DNA of 64,000 bases from a bacterium (GCA_963555815.3 CAUVWX020000001.1:576001-640000), one strand, 5' to 3'; shown: positions 9,723 to 20,260, counted from the stretch's first letter. Notes: generated by a model not told the origin, from the letters alone. Made by a program: numbers and translations.

Positions 9723-10751
9723 CTAACCCGTCATCTTTTTGAAGAACCGTTTCAATCTCATCCGGGATCGAGGCAGATAGGGCATGGTCGACACCACCAA
9801 AGAGTCTTCCTCCCTTTCCAGCTGGAAGGTCGATCCCGTCAGCTTCCCAACGATCTGCTGCATACAGGCGGTGGCTTTGCCCTCTGGACTCCTGAGGATG
9901 AAGGGCTCCATCTGATTCACGGAATTTCGGACATCGTCGCTTTCTACCAGATGGCCAAGGTAATCGAGCTCCACGCTCAGGTTTTTCCGCACGAGATCCT
10001 GCAGGTTCTCCACCACCTCAATTTCCCTCTCTTCTCGGACCATGTTCAGGATCAGCCTCGGCCGAAAACGAGTGAGCACGTCGTCCAACTCACCGGCTCC
10101 GTTCATGCCTCCCAGCCGCTGCCGGAGATCGTCCACGGTGACGATCCCTAGCGCATTCTTCGGGTCCGCGATGGCTTCGACCAAGTCGCGGACCTCGTCC
10201 TCTTTGCCCCTGATCGCCTTCTTCATCAGCCGGAACAGGGAACCCTTGAGATAGGAAAAGGTCTTGATGACAGAGGAAACCTCTGGAGTAGTGACCACGA
10301 TCCCGCTTTCCGCCATGGAGAAGAAGTCAAGGGTGTTGAAGTTGGTCCCCGGCCCCAGATCGACCACAACATATTCGGCCTGCAACTTTTTGATCTCGCG
10401 CAGGACCCTCAACTTCCGTCCGGGGGCAAGGTTTGCCATTCCCGGAACATCCCCGGCCCCGCTGATCAATTTCAGGTTTCCAATGTGGGTATCGACCTGG
10501 ATCTGGGCGAGGGTATCCGTGCGGTTATGGATGAAGTCGTGGATGGTGTGAGCGGGCCGGACCCCAAAAAGGGCATGTTGATTCGCCCCTCCTAGGTCCC
10601 CATCCACTATCACGACCTTTTTGCCCACGAGCGCCAGACCCACGCCGATATTCGCCGCCAGGACGCTCTTGCCCACTCCTCCCTTCCCGCCACCTACGGG
10701 GAGGAGAATCCTCTCAGGCTGGCTAGTTATCTTTCGAGCTTCATCCACCAT
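9723..10751 (-). CDS. MinD/FlhG-family P-loop ATPase
   Basis: GGGKGGVGKS deviant Walker A, DGDLGGAN, DLGPGT, VTTPE. Confidence 0.9.
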   Translation of the reverse strand: MVDEARKITSQPERILLPVGGGKGGVGKSVLAANIGVGLALVGKKVVIVDGDLGGANQHALFGVRPAHTIHDFIHNRTDTLAQIQVDTHIGNLKLISGAGDVPGMANLAPGRKLRVLREIKKLQAEYVVVDLGPGTNFNTLDFFSMAESGIVVTTPEVSSVIKTFSYLKGSLFRLMKKAIRGKEDEVRDLVEAIADPKNALGIVTVDDLRQRLGGMNGAGELDDVLTRFRPRLILNMVREEREIEVVENLQDLVRKNLSVELDYLGHLVESDDVRNSVNQMEPFILRSPEGKATACMQQIVGKLTGSTFQLEREEDSLVVSTMPYLPRSRMRLKRFFKKMTG

Positions 10752-10788
10752 ATGACGTCCCTATGCCTCCCCTGACAGATGAGCTAGG

Positions 10789-12195
10789 TTACTTCTTCTC
10801 GCCCTCTTCGTCGTCACGGTCTAGGAGTAGGAGTTTCTCCCACTCCTTAACACTTGCCTTCTGATCAGGTTTCCGGGCCTTTGGGCGCTGTACGCGGGAT
10901 GGGTCGGTCCAGGACTCCTTGGCCTCATGGAGGGGTGTCCGGGAAGTCGCACGGGGGGTCAAAACCCAGTCCTCGAGCTCCTCCCTCTCCTCCGGGGCAA
11001 CAGGCCTTCTCTCCGAGGTTTCCCAGACGGGCAAGGTGGTCTCCCCGCCAGCCTGGTCCTGGATGGGAAACTCCTGCCGAGAGCTGAAGACCCACGTATC
11101 CAGGTCCCCTGCACCCTTGCCAACCGGCTCGCCAACCTGTTCCTTAACAGGAGCCTCCTCCGGCTGAGAGCTGAGAACCCACGTGTCCAGGTCCTTCGGG
11201 GGTTCGCTCTCGGACAGGACTCTCTCCTCCTGCGGCATCGGCGGGACCTCTCTCATCTCCTCCGTCTCCAGAGGAGGCGGCTCCAGAGGAGCCGGGGCTG
11301 GCAGGGCCTTCACCAGGGCAGGTTCTTTCCCCTTCTCCGTCGGTTGACCGTAACGATACCGGTAGTCGTAATAGTACCCCTGGTAGTAATAGGGCCTCCG
11401 CTTAAAGGTCACCTGGTTGATGATGACGCCCAGGATCCGAGGCCCACCAGACCCGATCGTCTCCCCGGGGGAGGAAACCTCCTGGAAAGCGGCCTCCGGA
11501 TTGAGCGCCCTCAGACGCTCCACCACACCTTGAAGAACGTAAGAGGAGGTCCAACCGCTCTTGGCGACCAACATGATGCCGTCCACCATCCCCGCCAAGA
11601 CCAGCGGGTCGGTGACCGCCATCACAGGAGACATGTCGAAGAGGACCCGGTCAAACCACTTCCTGAGCTCCGCGATGAACTGGCTCATGGCGGCAGAACC
11701 CAAAAGCTCAGACGGGTTCTGGGCAATAGGCCCTGACGTGAGAATAGTGAGATTGGGATGACCCCCACTCTGAGTAGCATTCCCCAACGTCATGCGCCCC
11801 TCCAAGATGTCCCTCAGCCCCGCTTTATTCTTTATGCGAAAGACCCGATGAAGACGGGGCTTGCGCATGTCGGCATCCACCAGAAGGACCCGCCGGCCGG
11901 CCTGAGCCATGGAGATGGCCAGGTTGGCCGCCATGAGCGTCTTCCCCTCCTCTGGGTTCGGGCTGGTGATGGCCAGCACCTGGGCGCTCCTTCCACCCGG
12001 GGAATACAGAATATTCGTCCGAATGGTCTTGAGGGCCTCGGAGTGGGCGGACTTTGGATCCGTCAGCGCAATGAGGTCGTTGCCCCGGCGCTTGTCCAAA
12101 CGGCCCAGGTAGCCCAGGAAGGGCACATCCAGGTAACGCTCGACATCGCCTGGCAGCCTGATGTTGGTGTCCAGCTGTTCCCGAAGCAGGGTCAC
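10789..12195 (-). pseudogene. 5'-truncated Wzc/CapB polysaccharide tyrosine kinase with long acidic C-terminal extension
   Basis: Begins at the post-TM2 segment LLREQLDTNI; TSPNPEEGKT, DADMRKP, Tyr cluster YYYQGYYYDYRYRY; in-frame TGA just upstream, periplasmic domain absent. Confidence 0.75.
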
Positions 12196-12370
12196 CCGAA
12201 ACCCTCACCCCCCCGAACTGGGCGACACTTATGCCGGAAATCTTCACTACTCCCATGCCTTCACTCGTGAAGAGATCTTCGCGGAAGCCAAGGCCGCCCA
12301 ATTCGGAGTGGTCCACTATTCGGAAAGCTTTGGTGGTGATATCGCCGTGCTAAAACCAAGCCTGACTTGA
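12196..12370 (+). pseudogene. 3' fragment of a gene, possibly a methyltransferase C-terminus
   Basis: ELGDTYAGNLHYSHAFTREEIFAEAKAAQFGVVHY...* reads as a protein C-terminus with no credible start. Confidence 0.4.
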
Positions 12371-12476
12371 TGGCCGTTGCTTTCCGCCACAGAGAGCCCG
12401 GCGGCGGGGCTTCCCTGGATGGGTCAGGGCCTCGGTTGTCCCAAGAACCGCTCGGAAAGGTTTCGCATACAAATCA

Positions 12477-13232
12477 ATGCCTCACAGGCTAAAACATTGG
12501 AATGCTTATTGGGAAGCATATCGTGTAAGCATGGCCAGGACGGCTAGAGAGCTAGCCACCTGTGCAGCGGTGGTCTCGTTGTTGAGACGTCATTATGGGG
12601 AGCGATTTCCGAACGAACTCCGGATTCTCGACTTGGGCTCCGGAGATGCCAGCCTGATCTGCCGCCTGACAGCAGCTTTAAAATCCTCCGGAACAAGCGT
12701 GAAAGCGATCGGTTGCGAATTGTCGAGCAGCGCTCTCGCCAAAACAAGATTGGAGCCCCATCCCAATGTCGGAGGTTTCGTCCAGGCAGATTCTGCCCAG
12801 CTCCCATTCTGCGGGCAGGTCTTTGATGGTGTGACAAGTTTTGGGTATGGGAGCATTGCCAGTTACGACAATCCGCAGATCCATCAGGAGGTGTTTCGGG
12901 CACTCAAACCCGGCGGGTGGTTGATTGTCGATTATCGCAACCACCTCTCGCTTTGGTTCATCGTATTAAAACCATGGCTGATAGCAAAATGGCTTATGCG
13001 TTTTTGAGGATTTCAAAAACCGCAATACCATTTCGCGACATTCGGCATTCGAAGGTATTATACCCGGTGTGGTTTCGAGCCACGGTTCGTGCGCTTCTTA
13101 CTATGTTTCCCCCCCGTGTCATTTTCAGAGCGATATTTGCTAGCCATTGAACGGGTTTGTCGCCTTTTGCGTGTTGGAAGGCTCTTCGGTCGAATTTTCT
13201 TGGTGCTCTTCCACCGAAAAAACAATACGTGA
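12477..13232 (+). pseudogene. Class I SAM-dependent methyltransferase with internal nonsense codon
   Basis: ILDLGSGDA, LKPGGWL; TGA at 13005-13007, after which the same frame continues GFQKPQYHF...IFLVLFHRKNNT to TGA 13230-13232; more AT-rich than flanks. Confidence 0.75.
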
Positions 13233-13543
13233 ACCCCCAGGGCATATGAATTGAGTCACCTGGTGTTCTTTCCCCCCCTTGCCTCTTTCCCCTTTGGCCA
13301 CCGCGTTGAACTTCCAAAGGATAGGCCCCCCGGACTTCCAGGAGCCAATGATCCCCACCAATGAGGGCAGGTCTACCCTTCTTCCCTTCCGGGACAAGGG
13401 GTCCAGTAGAAAACCATCAGCAGGAAAATCTCTTGACCTGGGCCATGTGATTGGGTATTAAATGGACGATTTTGTGGGGTCCAGGTCATGATGTTTCCGG
13501 GAAGCGGCCCCGAGAAGAGGCCAGCAAAAGGGGGGAAAAGCGC

Positions 13544-13741
13544 ATGGATAAGCTCGTCAAGATCGGGGTTCTGATCGGGATCGTCAGTATCATTCTCGCG
13601 GTTATCGCCAAGTTGTTCACCGACGGGACGCTCTGGACCATCACTTCGGCGGCCTACATCGACTTTGCGGGGGTATCCTTCCTCGGGGCCATCGCCGTCG
13701 CCTCCCATTGTCTCATCTGTCAATCCAAGGGAAGCTCATAA
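13544..13741 (+). CDS. Small two-TM hypothetical membrane protein
   Basis: MDKLVKIGVLIGIVSIILAVIAKLF...; purine-rich RBS; GC-rich third positions. Confidence 0.65.
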   Translation: MDKLVKIGVLIGIVSIILAVIAKLFTDGTLWTITSAAYIDFAGVSFLGAIAVASHCLICQSKGSS

Positions 13742-14039
13742 TCCCGAAGCTGACGGCTGCAGATAAGTTCTGACCCCAGAAGGGGAGCCAGCGGGTCCTA
13801 CGACTGGAGGTGAGCAAAGGCGTCCTCCTCCTGTCCTCACCCTTTTTAATCACTGAGTTTCATTCGCTTTCATCAAGGGGCGGCCTCCGCCTGGTACACG
13901 GCCTGAGGTCGTTTCTTGTGATCTAAAGCCTTTCACAGAGGCTGGGGAAGAAAGAGAACCCAGAGCCCCTTTTGGGGCTCGCATCGCCTGAAGGACCTCC
14001 GCTATCGCTAGCCTGCGGAACCAGATCGATCTTGGCGCA

Positions 14040-15290
14040 GTGAGCGAAACCCTCCGGCGTCTTTTTCTGCCTAGAACTCTTCCCGTTCTATCAAGCTTTT
14101 TTGTCTGCCTTCTTCTCATCGCAGGAACGACCTTTTCCCCAGCCGGGGCCCAAGAGATAAAGCCAATACAAAGGGACTTCTCCTTAGGTCCGGTGAAGAT
14201 CGAACCCGGCTTCAAACTCGAGCAACAATACGATGACAATCTCTTCACCGCACGCAGTTCCTCAGCCAAGAGGGATGACTTCGTCACCATTTACACCCCC
14301 TCCCTGATACCGAAACTTCGCCTTGGCAACCACATGTTCGAAGCCGGCTACAAGGTGGACATTAAACGTTACGTGGATTTCACCTCTGAAAACACGGAAA
14401 ACCAGACGATCACGGGGATGATGGACCTCGGTTTCCCCAGGGGGACGGAGGTTGATCTGAGGGTGGAATACCTCGATACCGACGACCCCTCCAGCACCGA
14501 ACAAGAAACGCTCACGGGACCCAGGACCGCCCGGTCCCAGTTCGACGTGGACCTCATGGCCCGCTATCCAACCGGGCCGCGGACGAAACTGGAGATCCGC
14601 GCCGCCACGACCCGCTTTCGGTTCGATGAGGCGACAAGAGCCAACCTGGAGCGAGACACCATCGGAACAGGGGCATCCTGGGCTTTCGAGCTCTATACCA
14701 AGACCTCAGCCCTCGTCGAGTATGATTTTGAAACCGTAGACTTTCTCGTCGACGCGGCCCCGGGGGGCAATGAGGACACAACCTCTCATGAGGTGAAGGC
14801 GGGTCTGCGTTTCGACCCCGAGCGAAAACTGGTGAGAAAAATTACGGGGGGCTACCAGGTGGTCCCCTTTGAAACACTGGAGAGCCGTACTGGCCCCCTC
14901 GCCGAAGTGGAATTGATCTGGCGCCCATAGGAGAGGACAGAGGTTGATTTGAAGTTTGAGACCCGCCTCAATGCAGCCTTCACCGCGGGAACGGACCGGA
15001 TTAGGACGACCAAGGCCGAACTTAAGCTTGAGCAGGGGCTCCTCCGGAGATTCTTCCTCGAACTTGAGGGCGCCTGGACCCAAGACGACTTCAGCTTCAA
15101 CTCCGTCGCCGGAGGAGGGGGCCGGAAGGACACAGCATGGACGCTGAAGGGGAAACTTGGATACCTCATTGGAGATTTCCTCCTCATCGGAGGGGGCTAT
15201 GACTATACCTACAGGGCGTCGGAAGTCGGCGCCAACGAGTACGTCCGAAACCTCGCCTTCCTGGACTTCTCCCTGAACCTTAGGCCTTAG
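14040..15290 (+). pseudogene. Outer-membrane beta-barrel protein (EPS-associated BBP2-like) with internal TAG
   Basis: Signal peptide, YDDNLF, amphipathic strands; TAG at 14928-14930, with ORF 14949-15290 continuing in the same frame. Confidence 0.75.
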
Positions 15291-15325
15291 CGTTCTCACC
15301 CCTGAAAACTGATAAGGCAAGACGA

Positions 15326-16117
15326 GTGGATAAGGGAACACTCCTCCAGTACTATCGTTCTCAGAGCGAAGACTATGAACGGATGTACCGCGCCCGTGGG
15401 CGCCGATTCCGCCACCGCTGCCGCCTGGAGATCCTCCGGGAGCAGGTTCAGGCGACTCTGGCGCCCGAGGACTCGATCTGCGATGTGGGGTGCGGCGATG
15501 GATATGCAAGTTCCTGGATCCTGGGAGGCCTAAGCTATCGCCGATATGTGGGTGTTGACCTCTCGGAGACGAAGCTTCAACTGGCCCGCGCTCGGATCGA
15601 CAGATCCCGCTGTGTCATCGCGGATGGCGAGTCCTGCCCCCTCGGGGACGGGACATTCCAGGTCGCCCTCTGTCTCGAGACTCTTGAACATCTCCCAGAA
15701 CCGGCCAAGCTCCTCGGTGAAATCCACCGCCTTCTGGCCGAGGGTGGCCACCTCTTCCTGTCCCTCCCCTTTGACTCATGGTTGCAAGAGCCCCTGGTGA
15801 AACTCTGGCACTCCCTCCGACCCCGGAGAGAACAGAAATTTCACGAACACCTGGGATTCCTTACCCCCAGGGACATGTCTCGTTGGGTCAAGGCGCTGGA
15901 ATGGAAGCTCATCAGGTGGGAGAGATGTGCCTTTCAGTTTCCATTTTCAACTTTGATGTCGGAAAAGCTTCCGTACGAAACAATGAAGCGGGTTGATCAG
16001 GGGCTCGCGAAAATTTCAGTCTATTCGTTGAGCATCAACTCTTCTTTGCCCCTGGCTTTGGGCAGCGAGTTCGCGGTCTGTGTCCTTCAAAAAAGCCCTT
16101 CCCAAACGCACAACTAA
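15326..16117 (+). CDS. Class I SAM-dependent methyltransferase
   Basis: CDVGCGDG, GVDLS, ETLEHLPEP, LAEGGHL. Confidence 0.88.
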   Translation: MDKGTLLQYYRSQSEDYERMYRARGRRFRHRCRLEILREQVQATLAPEDSICDVGCGDGYASSWILGGLSYRRYVGVDLSETKLQLARARIDRSRCVIADGESCPLGDGTFQVALCLETLEHLPEPAKLLGEIHRLLAEGGHLFLSLPFDSWLQEPLVKLWHSLRPRREQKFHEHLGFLTPRDMSRWVKALEWKLIRWERCAFQFPFSTLMSEKLPYETMKRVDQGLAKISVYSLSINSSLPLALGSEFAVCVLQKSPSQTHN

Positions 16118-16157
16118 AAAAGCGTCCTGCACCATGGGCAGAGCCTGACGATTTTAT

Positions 16158-16234
16158 TGGTCGGGGCGACGAGATTTGAACTCGTGACTTCCTGCTCCCA
16201 AAGCAGGCGCGCTGCCAAGCTGCGCTACGCCCCG
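16158..16234 (-). tRNA. tRNA-Pro(TGG)
   Basis: CGGGGCGTAGCGCAGCTTGGCAGCGCG-CCTGC-TTTGGGA-GCAGG...GTTCAAATC...CCCCGACCA. Confidence 0.97.
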
Positions 16235-16304
16235 ACATGTTCAATCTAGCACCTGGCCACGGCCATTGACAACGCCCCCCGGGGGGGCGGGAGAGTGCGC
16301 GAGA

Positions 16305-16922
16305 CTAGGGTTCCAAAAGTGCTGGCTCATCCCTGACCCATCCCTCAATCTCTCGCATCGCTTGTTGAAGGGCCAGTGCCCGGTGGCTCTTCCGGTTTTT
16401 TTCTGCGGGCGACCACTCGGCCATGGTCCCATCCTCACCCTCGGGGATGAAGATAGGGTCATAGCCGAAGCCGCTGCTGCCCCGTGGGGCATCAGTAATT
16501 CTCCCTGGGAGAACGGCCTCGAACAGCCACGTCCTCCCGCTGGGGTGCGCGATGGCCACGGCGCAACGAAATCTCGCCCGGCGTCTCTCCGGTGGGAACC
16601 CGCTAAGAAGCCTGAGGATCTCCCTGTTTCTGTCTTCCTGAGAACCTTCGAGCCAGCGGACCGAGTGAAGGCCGGGCCTCCCACTGAGGGCCTCCACCTC
16701 CAGGCCGGAGTCGTCGGAAATTGCCGTCATGCCGGACGCCTTGGCGGCCGCCAGGGCCTTTTGCTCCGCGTTCGCTCGGTAAGTACTGCCCGACTCCTCC
16801 ACAGGGGCGGCGTCTTCGTCGGCCCCAAGGGTGCAAAGGAAGATCCCTAAGGGTTTTAGGATCTCGGCCATCTCGGCCGCCTTACCGGGATTTCGGGTCG
16901 CGATGAGAAGAGAGATTCCCAT
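16305..16922 (-). CDS. rdgB: dITP/XTP pyrophosphatase
   Basis: ATRNPGK, SDDSGL, GFGYDPIF, KSHR; follows rph. Confidence 0.95.
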   Translation of the reverse strand: MGISLLIATRNPGKAAEMAEILKPLGIFLCTLGADEDAAPVEESGSTYRANAEQKALAAAKASGMTAISDDSGLEVEALSGRPGLHSVRWLEGSQEDRNREILRLLSGFPPERRRARFRCAVAIAHPSGRTWLFEAVLPGRITDAPRGSSGFGYDPIFIPEGEDGTMAEWSPAEKNRKSHRALALQQAMREIEGWVRDEPALLEP

Positions 16923-16981
16923 TTGAGGAGGACCGATTTCTCTCACCTGGCACTCGACTGAGGCTCGATATGGGGGGCCTC

Positions 16982-17731
16982 TCAGGGCTTTGCGATGGAC
17001 TTCTTTAGGAGGCCCTTTTGGAGTCGGACGAGGTCTTGGATGCCCCGTTTGGCCAGGCGAATCAGGGCTTCCATCTCTGAGTCATCGAAGGGGGTCTGTT
17101 CGGCAGTCCCCTGGATCTCCACGAAGCGGCCATCGCCCGTCATGACAACGTTCATGTCCACCTCTGCCCCAGAATCCTCTTCATAGTCCAGATCGAGGCA
17201 GGCCCTGCCCTGGACGATCCCCACACTCGTGGCCGCCACAAAGTCCCGAAGGGCCCCTGTCTGGATCTCTCCCTTGGCCTCCAGATGTCGAATGGCCAGG
17301 GCCAGGGCCAGAAAGCCCCCCGTGATGGACGCTGTTCGGGTTCCCCCGTCGGCTTGGAGGACGTCGCAGTCAAGGGTGACAGTCCGCTCCCCCAGCTTCT
17401 CCAGATCCACCACCGCCCGCATGGACCGTCCAACCAAGCGCTGGATCTCATGGGTCCGGCCCGAGGGGCGCCCTCGGATGGACTCCCGCGGGATCCGCTG
17501 GGGCGATGATCTGGGGATCATCCCATATTCAGCCGTCACCCAGCCCTGCCCCTTGTCCCTGAGAAAAGGGGGAACCCGGTCCTCGACCGTGGCGGTGCAG
17601 ATGATCCGAGTATTCCCAACAGAGATGAGGACGGAGCCCTCGGCGTGGGGAAGGTAATTCATCACCACCGAGAGGGGACGCATCTCACTGGGGCGTCTTC
17701 CGTCGTGCCTTTGCTTCCTAAGATCCGCCAT
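16982..17731 (-). CDS. rph: Ribonuclease PH
   Basis: [35 protein letters not shown]. Confidence 0.97.
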   Translation of the reverse strand: MADLRKQRHDGRRPSEMRPLSVVMNYLPHAEGSVLISVGNTRIICTATVEDRVPPFLRDKGQGWVTAEYGMIPRSSPQRIPRESIRGRPSGRTHEIQRLVGRSMRAVVDLEKLGERTVTLDCDVLQADGGTRTASITGGFLALALAIRHLEAKGEIQTGALRDFVAATSVGIVQGRACLDLDYEEDSGAEVDMNVVMTGDGRFVEIQGTAEQTPFDDSEMEALIRLAKRGIQDLVRLQKGLLKKSIAKP

Positions 17732-17751
17732 CCAGTCGGGTCCCGATCTAC

Positions 17752-18354
17752 CTAAGAGGAGGTGGCCTTGAGCCCCATCTCGGTGGCAGCCCGGGTGAGG
17801 GGTCTTCGGATGTCTACGTGTCCCGCCAGGGTCTCGGCAGGCCTGCCTTCGATAAGGATCTGAACACCGCGGACGAGCTCGAAATTGGACGTTAGGGACT
17901 GCACCAGAGAGGACACCGTGAGAATCTCCGTCCAGACCCCCCCTGGATGGTCTTCCGAGATGGCCTTGTTGAAGTTGAGAAAGACGATCCCCTGGTCATC
18001 TAGAAAAAGGTCAAGAAGTTGGGTCCCCCTCGGCAGAGTCCCGAGGAGGGCCTGACGAGGCCCGTTAATGAGTTCCTGGACCGTTTGCCTGAGAGTCTCT
18101 CGGACCGTGGAGGCCTGGAGGAGGCCGCGGTCTTCAGATTGAAGCCCGGACCCGTCCTGCGCAACAAAGAAGAGGAGAATAGAATCTCGTCCGGAGGATC
18201 CACCCTCCTCCCCCGCCGGGCGAAGGCCGGAGCGCGGGCCCCTTCCCACCAAGACAGAGAGCACTCCCACAACAATGGCCAGAATGAGGACCGTCAGAAA
18301 CGCCCCGAAGAGCCCTCGGGACCCCCTCTCTCTCTTCCTCTCACTCGGCGACAT
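17752..18354 (-). CDS. GerMN domain protein
   Basis: TM anchor; ELINGP, SLVQSLT, VQILIEG...TLAGH; amidase-GerMN-rph synteny. Confidence 0.85.
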   Translation of the reverse strand: MSPSERKRERGSRGLFGAFLTVLILAIVVGVLSVLVGRGPRSGLRPAGEEGGSSGRDSILLFFVAQDGSGLQSEDRGLLQASTVRETLRQTVQELINGPRQALLGTLPRGTQLLDLFLDDQGIVFLNFNKAISEDHPGGVWTEILTVSSLVQSLTSNFELVRGVQILIEGRPAETLAGHVDIRRPLTRAATEMGLKATSS

Positions 18355-19156
18355 CGCGCCCCTCTGCAAAGTTCAAGATGGCCTCATAGAGGTTCTCCGC
18401 CACCTTCTGGAGGAAGGCCTCATCCTGCAACAAGAGCTCTTCCCTGGCATTGGTGAGATGGGCTGGGCTCACAACGACTGCGGGCATCCGCGCCCCGCTC
18501 AAGATGAAGAGGGGGGCCTTTGCGATCCCCGCCCGCCTGAGCCCCACCCCCCGCTGGAGGCTATCGGCCATGAGCTCAGCCAAGCGGGCGCTCTCATTGG
18601 AGAAGCCCGTCTGGGCGAGGTCCCAGAGGATAGCGTCTAAACCATTCGTGCCTTCTGAGCCGACCCCTCCAACGGCAGCCTCCCCCGAAGGGGCCGAGCG
18701 GGAAGTGTAGAGGCGAAAACCCTCCGTATCCCTGAGAGAGGACCCTTCGAGATGGATGCTGATGAAGAGTTGTGCCTTGGCATTGTTCGCCAGGGAAGTC
18801 CTTTCAGAGACCGGCAAAGAGACATCCTCGGTCCGGGTCTGAATAACCCGGGCCCCAAGGCGGGCCCGCAGGAGGGTGCTCAAATGCTGGGCGAGCCTTA
18901 GGGTCACGTCCTTCTCAAGAAGGCCCGATGGGCCCCTAACGCCTTTGTCCAAGCCTCCGTGGCCGGCGTCAAGAACAATGGTGTCCAGCGGGACCACAGG
19001 CTGGGTCGGCCTGGACCGCGCGTCGGGGAGGTCCTCAATGCGCAATTCCCCCGGCCCCTCGGGCGCCTGAGCCCAGACCCCAGTGGAGAAGAAAAAGAGA
19101 CCGAGAGCGACGAGGATGGCACTAAAAAGCCTCGCCCTTGAGAGAGCCAAGCGCAT
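18341..19156 (-). CDS. N-acetylmuramoyl-L-alanine amidase (Amidase_3) family, catalytic Glu apparently absent
   Basis: LDAGHGG, EKDVTL, ERTSLAN, FISIH; MPAVVVSPAHLTN in place of MPAVLVExGFxSN; start uncertain. Confidence 0.85.
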   Translation of the reverse strand: MRLALSRARLFSAILVALGLFFFSTGVWAQAPEGPGELRIEDLPDARSRPTQPVVPLDTIVLDAGHGGLDKGVRGPSGLLEKDVTLRLAQHLSTLLRARLGARVIQTRTEDVSLPVSERTSLANNAKAQLFISIHLEGSSLRDTEGFRLYTSRSAPSGEAAVGGVGSEGTNGLDAILWDLAQTGFSNESARLAELMADSLQRGVGLRRAGIAKAPLFILSGARMPAVVVSPAHLTNAREELLLQDEAFLQKVAENLYEAILNFAEGRDVAE

Positions 19157-19390
19157 ATGCGATCGGGCCCGGGGGGAGTGAAGGCCCGCCCCCTGAGACA
19201 CATTTGAGAAATCCATTGCGGCCCCTCGGCCTTTCGTGATATGAAAAAAAAGGGTGTGAAGGGCCCTCTGCCATGTCACCAGGATTTATCCTGGGCGAGA
19301 AGGTCCACCCCCTTGAATCTATCACAGGTGGTGGGGCACCTTCACACCCTTTTTCCTGAAACGCCCAACAGCATAAGGCAGATAGCGAGG

Positions 19391-19864
19391 ATGCGGAGAA
19401 AGCTATGGTTCCTTTCAGCGGGGGTGGGCTTTCTCATCTTGAACGGGTGTGCACCAGCCTTCCCCCCGGAGTCGGCCGAGCCGCCACCCCCTGTATACCG
19501 GTTCTCGGACGTCCCCATCCCTCCTGACTTCGTGCGGGACAGCGCGGCGTCCTTTATCTTTGAAACCCCCACCCTGAAGGCCGGCATCGTCGTCTATCGG
19601 GGCGGGGCGGATGTGGACTCGGTGGTGGAGTTCTTCAAGGCCGAGATGCCGCTGCACGGCTGGAGCCTGATCAATAGCTTCGAGCACCAAGAGGTCCGTC
19701 TGAACTTCGAGAAGCCCGGGTGGAGTTGCACCGTTCGGGTGAACCGGGGAAATCTCAGGACCATGGCCGAGATCGTGATCGGGCCAAAAGCGGAGGTGGG
19801 TCCCGAGCTCGGACTCCTCCCCGAAGAGCAGCAGCCCGAGCTTGGTGGCCCCGAGGATCTATGA
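19391..19864 (+). CDS. Putative lipoprotein
   Basis: MRRKLWF...LILNGC lipobox; FSDVPIP motif. Confidence 0.75.
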   Translation: MRRKLWFLSAGVGFLILNGCAPAFPPESAEPPPPVYRFSDVPIPPDFVRDSAASFIFETPTLKAGIVVYRGGADVDSVVEFFKAEMPLHGWSLINSFEHQEVRLNFEKPGWSCTVRVNRGNLRTMAEIVIGPKAEVGPELGLLPEEQQPELGGPEDL

Positions 19865-20109
19865 AGGGAAAGCCATCAGCCCCTGAGGAGCTCGTCCTGA
19901 TCCGGGTAACCCAAGGGCAGATGGAGGCACAGATCATCAAGGGCCGGCTTGAGAGCGAGGGGATCCCGGTCGTACTCGATTATGAGGCGGTCGGCGCCAT
20001 CTTCGGGCTCACCATAAACGGCCTGGGGGAAGTGAGAGTGCTGGTCCCGGCCCAAGTGGCCGAGGCGGCCCGCTCCGCCCTCACGGAGGTTCAGGACGAG
20101 GAGACCTGA
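19861..20109 (+). CDS. DUF2007 family (PII-like fold) protein
   Basis: EAQIIKGRLESEGIP...GEVRVLVP; ATGA overlap with the upstream gene. Confidence 0.8.
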   Translation: MKGKPSAPEELVLIRVTQGQMEAQIIKGRLESEGIPVVLDYEAVGAIFGLTINGLGEVRVLVPAQVAEAARSALTEVQDEET

Positions 20110-20110
20110 G

Positions 20111-20260
20111 ATGGCGAAGGTCATCTACCTCAAAGAGGTCCACCGACGAAGCGGGGGGTGGCTCGGGGGGTTCCGGACCCGCGTCGCCGTTTTCCTCACG
20201 GTGGGGCTCCTTCTCCTCGCTTTTCTCTTCGCCGGCTTTCGATTTCCTCCCTACCTTTAG
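20111..20260 (+). CDS. 49-aa single-TM small protein (absent from ORF track)
   Basis: MAKVIYLKEVHRRSGGWLGGFRTRVAVFLTVGLLLLAFLFAGFRFPPYL*; fills the gap between DUF2007 and pyrE. Confidence 0.6.
   Translation: MAKVIYLKEVHRRSGGWLGGFRTRVAVFLTVGLLLLAFLFAGFRFPPYL

Noticed and set aside
13005..13007. TGA as a fourth selenocysteine
   Set aside because: Not in a Cys motif and no downstream hairpin seen
14928..14930. TAG as pyrrolysine or recoding
   Set aside because: Many other genes here end in TAG, no pyl genes are visible, and the surrounding locus is decayed
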